Shown here: piece by piece, positions 6,670-15,103 of the stretch
Layout: every line of letters starts with the position of its first letter
Position numbering within the stretch: the stretch's first letter is position 1
Source: Thermodesulfovibrionales bacterium
GTDB taxonomy: Bacteria; Nitrospirota; Thermodesulfovibrionia; Thermodesulfovibrionales; UBA6898
Length of the DNA: 15,103 bases
NCBI GenBank assembly: GCA_044450345.1
Contig: JBIOIY010000063.1
Location: forward strand, 1-15,103
Direction of reading: 5' to 3'
Notes under the pieces: model-generated
Databases searched by the model: none
What the model saw: only the letters and a program-made list of their open reading frames with translations
Told to the model about the DNA's origin: nothing
Translations under genes and position numbers: made by a program

Positions 6670-7413
6670 ATGGAATTTACCGGCAAGAAGGTGATAGTAA
6701 CGGGCGGTGCAAGAGGAATGGGAAGGAAGTTCGCCGTAGACTTGAAGCGTCTCGGCGCCAAGCCATTCGTGGTGGACGTGGTTCAGGAAAACCTCGACGC
6801 GCTTAAGAGTGAGACCGATATCTCAGGGCAGGTGGTAGATGTGAGCAACGAGAAGAGCGTCGAGACGTTCTTCGAAAACTATGTCTCGGAAAACGGCGCT
6901 CCGGACGTGCTGATCAACAATGCTGGCATAACCTCCGATGCCCTTTTTATAAAGCAAAAGGGAGATGAGATAACAAAATTCCCATTCGCGAACTGGGAAA
7001 GGGTGATCAACGTCAATCTGACGGGTGTGTTTCTCTGTGCACGGGAAGCCGCCTATCACATGGTCAAGCACAAGGTCAAGGGTGTGCTTATCAATATTTC
7101 ATCCATCAGCCGTGCCGGAAACCTCGGCCAGACGAACTATTCGGCCACTAAAGCTGCCGTTGATTCGATGACTGTGACCTGGGCCAAGGAGCTTTCAAGG
7201 TATGGCATACGGGTGGGCGCAATCGCGCCCGGTTATATCAATACCGAGATGGTTGCGAAGATCAGACCCGATGTTCTCGAAAAGGTCGTTCAGAATATCC
7301 CCCTCGGGAGATTGGGCGAGATGGAGGAGATATCCCGGTCTGTCCAGTTCATCATACAGAATGATTTCTTCACCGGGAGGATCATGGAAGTAGACGGCGG
7401 GATGAGAATCTGA
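6670..7413 (+). CDS. phaB: SDR-family 3-ketoacyl/acetoacetyl-CoA reductase (FabG-like, functional PhaB)
   Basis: TGGARGMG, NNAG, NISS and YSATK motifs. Located between phaC and the thiolase. The symbol is assigned from context. Confidence 0.85.
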   Translation: MEFTGKKVIVTGGARGMGRKFAVDLKRLGAKPFVVDVVQENLDALKSETDISGQVVDVSNEKSVETFFENYVSENGAPDVLINNAGITSDALFIKQKGDEITKFPFANWERVINVNLTGVFLCAREAAYHMVKHKVKGVLINISSISRAGNLGQTNYSATKAAVDSMTVTWAKELSRYGIRVGAIAPGYINTEMVAKIRPDVLEKVVQNIPLGRLGEMEEISRSVQFIIQNDFFTGRIMEVDGGMRI

Positions 7414-7485
7414 TTTTTTCTCCGTGCCGGACGGATATATTTTGGTGTTCTCACTCCTGTGGGATCCCTTGAAGGAGGAGCAGTT

Positions 7486-8667
7486 ATGGAAGCGTATATC
7501 GTGGGTGGTGTAAGAACAGCCGTCGGGAGGTTCAATGGCTCCCTGGCCTCGCTGAACACTATTGACCTCGGGTCCGAAGTGATCAGGGAGGTACTGAGAA
7601 GAACTTCAATTAAAGGAAGCAACGTCGATGAAGTCATCATGGGGAATGTCCTTCAGGCCGGATTGGGGCAGAACCCTGCGAGGCAAGCAGCCATCATGGC
7701 AGGTCTTCCGGAAAACATCCCTGCCTTTACGGTGAACAAGGTATGCGGCTCAGGCTTGAAGTCTGTTAGTCTTGCGGGCCAGGCAGTCGCTTCAGGTGAG
7801 GCTAAGGCCATTATCGCCGGCGGAATGGAGCATATGACGAGTGCCCCCTATGTCGTGAAGTCAGCGCGGTGGGGACAGCGTTTGGGAAACACCGAGATGA
7901 TAGATACGCTGGTCAACGATGCCTTGTGGGATATGTTTTACGAATGTCACATGGGTGCGACTGCCGAGAACGTGGCAGAGAAGTATGGGATTACCAGGGA
8001 AGAGCAGGATGCATTTGCTGCTGCATCCCAAAAGAAGACGGAGCAGTCCATCAAGGAAGGGAAGTTCAAGGAAGAGATCGTTCCGCTGAAGATCAAACAA
8101 CCAAAAGGCCCAGACACGATCTTTGACACTGACGAGCATCCCCGTTTTGGTACGACTATTGAGAGCCTGGCAAAACTGCAGCCGGCGTTCAAGAAGGAAG
8201 GGACTGTAACGGCGGGGAATGCCTCCGGAATTAATGATGGAGCTGCTGCGGTGCTGGTAGTGTCAAAAGAAAAAATGAAGGAGCTTAACCCGGCCTGGGC
8301 ATTCAGGATTAGGGGCTCGTCATCGGCTGCCCTGGACCCTGCGTTTATGGGACTCGGCCCGATAAACGCCTGCAAGCAGCTCATCTTAAGGGCGAAGTGC
8401 TCGGTAACCGACCTTGACCTTGTGGAGATCAATGAGGCGTTCGCCTCCCAGTCGATCCAGGTCCACCGTGAAATGGGATGGGGCATGGATAGAGTGAACG
8501 TTTTGGGAGGCGCCATTGCCCTGGGACACCCGGTAGGTGCAAGCGGCACAAGAATCCTCGTCACCCTTCTCTACGAAATGGTGCGAAGGGATGTTACCTT
8601 GGGTCTCGCCTCCCTTTGCATCGGCGGGGGGCAGGGCATTGCCATGATCGTGGAACGGCTCAGGTGA
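7486..8667 (+). CDS. phaA: Acetyl-CoA C-acetyltransferase (beta-ketothiolase)
   Basis: RBS GAAGGAGGAG before ATG 7486. Motifs NKVCGSG, NEAFA, GHPVGASG and CIGGGQG. Confidence 0.95.
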   Translation: MEAYIVGGVRTAVGRFNGSLASLNTIDLGSEVIREVLRRTSIKGSNVDEVIMGNVLQAGLGQNPARQAAIMAGLPENIPAFTVNKVCGSGLKSVSLAGQAVASGEAKAIIAGGMEHMTSAPYVVKSARWGQRLGNTEMIDTLVNDALWDMFYECHMGATAENVAEKYGITREEQDAFAAASQKKTEQSIKEGKFKEEIVPLKIKQPKGPDTIFDTDEHPRFGTTIESLAKLQPAFKKEGTVTAGNASGINDGAAAVLVVSKEKMKELNPAWAFRIRGSSSAALDPAFMGLGPINACKQLILRAKCSVTDLDLVEINEAFASQSIQVHREMGWGMDRVNVLGGAIALGHPVGASGTRILVTLLYEMVRRDVTLGLASLCIGGGQGIAMIVERLR

Positions 8668-8884
8668 ACCTCAGCCGTCAGTGGGCGTAAAGAAGAAGAG
8701 CCCGCAGACCACAAAGTCACACTCTCAGGCGAGTTCACTGGAATCTCAGGTACAGGAAGAGACTTTTATGACTGCACTCTGACTGATGGCTGCGGTTTTC
8801 ATCCCTTAGTAGATGCGCGATCCTATCAGGTTTCGAATACGTTGAGTAAGAGGAAGGAGATTTGCGCCAAGTATAATTGTCAGA

Positions 8885-9598
8885 TTATGCCGATAATCCA
8901 ATCACGGAAGCTTTTTCCCATCGTGCAGTGTATGTTTTGTGTCGTATTGGAGGAGAACGCTTAATCATTATCTTTTGTTCTCTTTTGAGGGTAATAGACG
9001 ACTTGATGCATAGACCGGAGTCGCTGATATTCAGGATGACACCCTTCACCGTTTTATCTGCTGCTTCACTTAAGACAAATTCTACAGGAGACACAAACTT
9101 ATAGCGTGTCTCACGGCGCGTCTCAACAGTATTGAATGGTTCCTCCGTTCGCTTCCCATAAAAGGAAGTACTCCTTTGCCTGAAGAATTCGGAAAAGTTC
9201 TTTGCGATCTCCTTATTCATCTCAATCTGCTTGTCAATAATGCTTTCCCATGCTTTCCGCACCTTCTCTCCGCCCTCTGCAAACATCCTCATCTGGAGTT
9301 GCATGATTGTTTCCCTTAAGAAGGCATTCTGATGGTGTAGCTTCTCATGTTCCTCGAGTACCTCGTCATGCTTCGCTTTCGGTACGAGACCGAGACTAAT
9401 ATAAAAATCAATCATTTTTTCGTACACATCCAGTGGATTGAGAAAAAAGACGTTCTTGTAAGGATATGAATGCCAGAATCTCCTTGCGGCCTCGATGCCC
9501 TCACGTTGCATTTTTCGGAAGAAGTCGAAGAAGCCCTTTCTAAAAAGAAAATCATTGAAGAGGGTAATTATGGATTTATGTTGTTCTTCGTTAAACAT
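8885..9598 (-). CDS. Paralog of the 3474-3917 protein fused to a C-terminal PilZ domain
   Basis: ATG 9598 with GGAG 8 nt upstream (GTG 9607 is an alternative start). The N-domain aligns ungapped with the 3474 ORF (74/123 identical by hand). The C-domain has RRETR (RxxxR), NISDSG (D/NxSxxG) and ARW..IGL. Confidence 0.9.
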   Translation of the reverse strand: MFNEEQHKSIITLFNDFLFRKGFFDFFRKMQREGIEAARRFWHSYPYKNVFFLNPLDVYEKMIDFYISLGLVPKAKHDEVLEEHEKLHHQNAFLRETIMQLQMRMFAEGGEKVRKAWESIIDKQIEMNKEIAKNFSEFFRQRSTSFYGKRTEEPFNTVETRRETRYKFVSPVEFVLSEAADKTVKGVILNISDSGLCIKSSITLKREQKIMIKRSPPIRHKTYTARWEKASVIGLSA

Positions 9599-9684
9599 AA
9601 CGCCCACTCCATTCGGGCAGAGGAAAGCAAATGTTAATTAATTCTTATCACGACATGCGACTATTGTCAAGGGGTATGCTGCTA

Positions 9685-9894
9685 CAAGTTTTCTCTTCCG
9701 CTGATGCAGCAGATTAGGATGAATATCGAGTTCTTGCGCGACCCTGCCGACAGGCATCCCCTTTTCTATCACCATCTGCACCGCATTCCTCTTAAACTCA
9801 CGAGTGAAAAGACGGGTGTCCTTCTTTCCCATACACAGACCTCCTGTTCATAGTACAAATTCTTCGGTGTGTCCATCAAATAGGGGGGAAATCA
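9685..9894 (-). mobile_element. Truncated IS3-family element: left inverted repeat + 5' part of OrfA transposase
   Basis: Minus strand begins TGATTTCCCCCCTATTTGATGGACAC (IS3-type 5'-TG..CCCC..GGACA end). RBS AGGAGG, then MGKKDTRLFTREFKRNAVQMVIEKGMPVGRVAQELDIHPNLLHQ (HTH_Tnp_1 pattern). Similarity is lost near 9690; no OrfB or right IR is present. Confidence 0.85.
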
Positions 9895-9921
9895 AGGAGT
9901 ACGCAGTAATTCTGCTTGACA

Positions 9922-9949
9922 GGCGAGGTGATGTGATGGCGAGGTGATG
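9922..9949. repeat. 12-bp direct repeat GGCGAGGTGATG x2 (16-bp period)
   Basis: Copies at 9922-9933 and 9938-9949, directly after TTGACA (9916-9921). Confidence 0.75.
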
Positions 9950-9972
9950 ATGATTGACTTTTAATACCAATT

Positions 9973-10359
9973 TTGCTACCTTTTATCTTAAAGGTAAAGG
10001 CTGTGAGTAACCGTTCTGCTATTGACAGAGTTATTGCCACCAATCTCAAAAGACTTAGGGAACGCTCAAGCTTAAAGCAGCATGAGCTTGCTCAGATGGC
10101 CGAAACGTCTGAGATGAGGTTATGCGCTTGCGAGGACGGGCGCGAGTGCGTGGATAAAGATATGATGATGAGAATATGCCGGTGCCTCGGTGTTCATTTC
10201 TATGAATTTTTTATAGAGCCCGATACCCCTATCTTAGTCGATGAAGACGAGAAGTTATTCCTTGAGAAATGTCGAATGGCTAAAGAGAAGAGAGTGATCG
10301 AGCAGGTCTTATCATTTCTTGATTTCCTTAACGAAACCAAAGCAGAAATAATGAAATAG
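9973..10359 (+). CDS. XRE/Cro-CI family HTH transcriptional regulator (start may be GTG 10003)
   Basis: IATNLKRLRERSSLKQHELAQMAETS..EDGR..RICRCLGVHFYEFF matches HTH_3. The recognition helix is divergent and Cys-rich, so the gene may be decaying. Confidence 0.8.
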   Translation: MLPFILKVKAVSNRSAIDRVIATNLKRLRERSSLKQHELAQMAETSEMRLCACEDGRECVDKDMMMRICRCLGVHFYEFFIEPDTPILVDEDEKLFLEKCRMAKEKRVIEQVLSFLDFLNETKAEIMK

Positions 10360-10424
10360 ACCCTTTTCACTTTGTGGGCAGGTTTCGACTCCGGCGGAAA
10401 ACTCCTCAGAAACAGTGCAAAATC

Positions 10425-10613
10425 TCAATGAAAACAGATATCCGCCGGCAAGCCTGTAGTGCCATGTAATGGGTGACCCTCCGGAGAACAGATATTCAAA
10501 GATAGCGCACTCCATAAGAGAAAGTCCTCCTCATAAATATGCTCACTGAGCCAGTCCAACAGTGCTGACAATATGGACGGCTTAAAAAATAAACGTCCTA
10601 ACGATTCAATCAT
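10425..10613 (-). pseudogene. Possible hemerythrin-like fragment
   Basis: LLDWLSEHIYEED (about 10524-10562) matches the hemerythrin last-helix motif L..WL..HI..ED. The upstream His ligands are not present in frame. Confidence 0.3.
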
Positions 10614-10674
10614 CTCCTCATATGCCCAGCCATAAATAACGACATAACAGCCTTATTTTATCTAAAGTTATAAA

Positions 10675-10702
10675 TTGACATCTTCAGTGAATTTGATACT
10701 AT
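10675..10702 (+). promoter_or_regulatory. Sigma70-type promoter of the cytochrome gene
   Basis: TTGACA (10675-10680), 16 nt, TACTAT (10697-10702), with an extended -10 TG at 10694-10695. Confidence 0.6.
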
Positions 10703-10790
10703 GGCTTTAGAAGGATCAGATTAACAGAAAAGTGCAAGAATCTTCGTCAGAAAGAAGCATTATCAACGTTTCGATGGCAAAGGGGGTTTT

Positions 10791-12254
10791 ATGAAACACA
10801 GGATCAAAATGGCCTGGGTTATTATTGTAGTAATGTTGGGAGGATTTGGAGGCTCTGCTTTTGCAGGGTCCAAGGTCTTTGATGTAGATCGTGAATTTTA
10901 TCCTTATTATCCCTCCCTGATCAAGTGGAACAAGTCCAACGCCAATTTTACTTCACCAGACGTTTGTCGCGGTTGCCATTCCAAGCAGTATGAGGAATGG
11001 ACAGGGTCGGTGCATTCTTTAGCTTTCCAGGAACCTGTGTACCAGGGAGAGTTAAGCAAAGCATACAAAGCAGTGGGACATGAGATCGCCCGGCAATGTG
11101 AAGGATGCCATTCCGCTGCGGGGATGGTGACCGGTGAGATCAAGAAACCCGGTATAGCAGATCTGAGTCCTATGGCATTGGCAGGGGTGTCCTGCGACAT
11201 CTGTCACTCCATTAGCGGCACAACCCATTGGCAGACTCCATCTCATGAACCTGAAAACGGCTCTTTTATTCTTACCCCCGGAATAGATTCTGCCGATGGA
11301 GCTAAGCGTATCAAGCGCGGTCCCTTCAAACCTTCCGACAACTGCGGAATGGGCTTCCATGATTGTGTCGAATCGTCGTTGCATTTACAGGCCGACCTTT
11401 GTGCCAGTTGCCATCAAGTTTACCATTATGAAGATCACTTCCCGTTAGAATCCACCTACCTTGAATGGAAGCACGGCGCTTATGCCCAGAAGGAAATCCT
11501 TTGTCAGGACTGTCACATGGTCGACTTCGCCACTTTCTTGCGCGCCTCCGATGATTTCCGCAAACCTCAGCGCTCGGAATACCATCACAACTTTAATGGT
11601 GCCAACTATCTCCTCTCTTATTTGGCCTCAGGTGCGGCAAAGAAAGCTGGTGACGAGAAAAAAGCATCCATTATGAAGGAAGAATATGACATGGCAGTAA
11701 AGAGGTTGCAGGCGGCGGCAGATATGGATCTCTCTCCCATCTATCGCAACGGAAAGCTTGCGGAAATAAAAGTGCGAGTCAAGAATGTCCGTGCAGGTCA
11801 TAATCTTCCTACGTCTCTCACAAATGTTCGACAGATGTGGTTGGAAATCACGGCAAAGGATGACAAAGGGAACGTCCTTATGACCAGCGGCAGTCTTGAT
11901 GCGCAGGGTCACCTCATTGAGAATACGCGCATGTTAAATTCCGACGGAATGGGCAAGGATTTTCATTTTGCTATCGACCCATGGATTGTGACCTCGTTCT
12001 CCAGGCATGACACCATCCCTCCCAGGGGTTATAAGGACGTTTACTACGGCATAAGTGTCCCCCAAGGGATCAGCTCTATCATGATTGAAGCGAAGCTTCG
12101 ATATCGTCAGGCCGATCAGGGAGTGGCTGAAGCTCTCCTTGGTGCCGTATCGGAAAGCATAAGTCTGAAGGAGATTTACGGTCTCACGAAAGTGCCTCCA
12201 TTGCCGGTAGTTGATATGGTTACTAAACAGGCTTCTTTTAACCCCACAAAGTAA
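10791..12254 (+). CDS. Exported pentaheme c-type cytochrome (cytochrome c554/c552-like multiheme family)
   Basis: Sec signal peptide ending SAFA. Five CxxCH motifs: CRGCH, CEGCH, CDICH, CASCH, CQDCH. Family-typical segments QYEEWTGSVH, TYLEW and AGHNLPT..RQMWLE. Confidence 0.92.
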   Translation: MKHRIKMAWVIIVVMLGGFGGSAFAGSKVFDVDREFYPYYPSLIKWNKSNANFTSPDVCRGCHSKQYEEWTGSVHSLAFQEPVYQGELSKAYKAVGHEIARQCEGCHSAAGMVTGEIKKPGIADLSPMALAGVSCDICHSISGTTHWQTPSHEPENGSFILTPGIDSADGAKRIKRGPFKPSDNCGMGFHDCVESSLHLQADLCASCHQVYHYEDHFPLESTYLEWKHGAYAQKEILCQDCHMVDFATFLRASDDFRKPQRSEYHHNFNGANYLLSYLASGAAKKAGDEKKASIMKEEYDMAVKRLQAAADMDLSPIYRNGKLAEIKVRVKNVRAGHNLPTSLTNVRQMWLEITAKDDKGNVLMTSGSLDAQGHLIENTRMLNSDGMGKDFHFAIDPWIVTSFSRHDTIPPRGYKDVYYGISVPQGISSIMIEAKLRYRQADQGVAEALLGAVSESISLKEIYGLTKVPPLPVVDMVTKQASFNPTK

Positions 12255-12270
12255 CACTTTAGAAATTTTC

Positions 12271-12327
12271 ACGTATATCCTATGGCCCCGGAAATGAAAA
12301 TTTCGGGGCCTCTTGATAGGTATACGT
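12271..12327 (+). terminator. Nested hairpin, probable terminator after the cytochrome gene
   Basis: Inner stem GGCCCCG(G)AAAT-gaaa-ATTTCGGGGCC (12284-12310). Outer stem ACGTATA(T)CCTAT / ATAGGTATACGT. Confidence 0.7.
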
Positions 12328-12479
12328 CTTTAGTGAGAGAGACCGTTTATAGGTGGAGTCGAAAGGCAACAGTCCTTCCTGAAGATGTTACTTATGACAG
12401 GCCAGGAAAAGGGTTCTTTCTGTTCAATTTCATCAGGACGTGATATATTTGGAGAAAGAAGGGGACAAATGCGAAGCTC

Positions 12480-12495
12480 GTATAATCATAATTTA
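12480..12495. promoter_or_regulatory. Possible PerR/Fur-family box upstream of katG
   Basis: TATAATCATAATTTA resembles TTATAATnATTATAA and lies about 35 nt before the katG ATG. It may simply be a -10 box. Confidence 0.35.
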
Positions 12496-12496
12496 A

Positions 12497-14725
<2,229 letters not shown>

Positions 14726-14778
14726 TCGTAGCATAAATGTCTTCATGGGCTCCTGACCGGATAGCAAAATAAACAGTT

Positions 14779-14836
14779 AGCCAAAAACCGGTTCCAGCAG
14801 GCGGCATACCGCCGCCGCTGAACCGGAGCGAAGGTT
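14779..14836 (+). other. Degenerate integron attC recombination site
   Basis: GCCAAAAACCGGTTCCAGCAGGCGGC-atacc-GCCGCCGCTGAACCGGAGCGAAGG. The arms CCGGTTC(C)AGC / GCTGAACCGG carry one extrahelical base, as attC sites do. The AAC and GTT core triplets appear mutated (AAA, GAA). Confidence 0.6.
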
Positions 14837-15103
14837 ATCAGTTTCTCTTGTAAATCTGCAACAGTTTCAATCTATGATACCTATCGATCGGTGCAGTCCG
14901 CGCCCATCAATGAAACTATATTCTATTTTCTCCTGAGTCGGGAATCGATGAATGTTTCTTTCAGTAGAACGAAACCGCTTCGCGGTAGAGCCTTCCCTCC
15001 GGGCTTTATGACAATAACCATTTCGTCTTTCTTGGCTTGAGCCTGACACCCTGCCTTTTTTAGTTAGCATAATCTTTTTACAATTTCCTTTTGATGTACC
15101 ACC

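Noticed and set aside
3231..8564. Minus-strand ORFs across the pha operon (e.g. 3231-3827, 4641-5438, 5993-6487, 7947-8564)
   Set aside because: They lie antisense to well-supported genes.
12340..12400. GTC-GAAA-GGC mini-hairpin upstream of katG as a c-di-GMP riboswitch
   Set aside because: It lacks the GGCAAAC..GGACGCAAAG core and second stem of class I riboswitches.
14867..15070. 67-aa minus-strand ORF
   Set aside because: No recognisable motif or convincing RBS, and it overlaps probable non-coding debris.

Overview
Bacterial window, roughly 50% GC in most genes. A Nitrospirota/Desulfobacterota-like origin is my impression only and is not demonstrated. The core is a class III polyhydroxyalkanoate (PHA) cluster, phaE-phaC-phaB(fabG-like)-phaA (4368-8667). 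It is preceded by four small uncharacterised genes: a phasin-like gene, a ribbon-helix-helix (RHH) regulator, a coiled-coil protein, and a stand-alone paralog of the PhaE N-terminus. Two PilZ-domain genes flank the cluster. On the left is a divergent pseudo-receiver-PilZ-PAS-histidine kinase that is missing from the ORF track and runs off the window edge. On the right is a convergent gene whose N-terminal domain is about 60% identical to the in-operon coiled-coil protein but is fused to a PilZ domain. Together these suggest a possibly undescribed c-di-GMP-gated PHA granule system with its own RHH regulator. The intergenic regions hold several relics: a frameshifted copy of the RHH gene, an internally deleted tnpB (IS200/IS605-type) element, an IS3 left end, a hemerythrin-like fragment and a degenerate integron attC site. 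The right third encodes an XRE regulator, an exported pentaheme c-type cytochrome and a high-GC catalase-peroxidase (katG).
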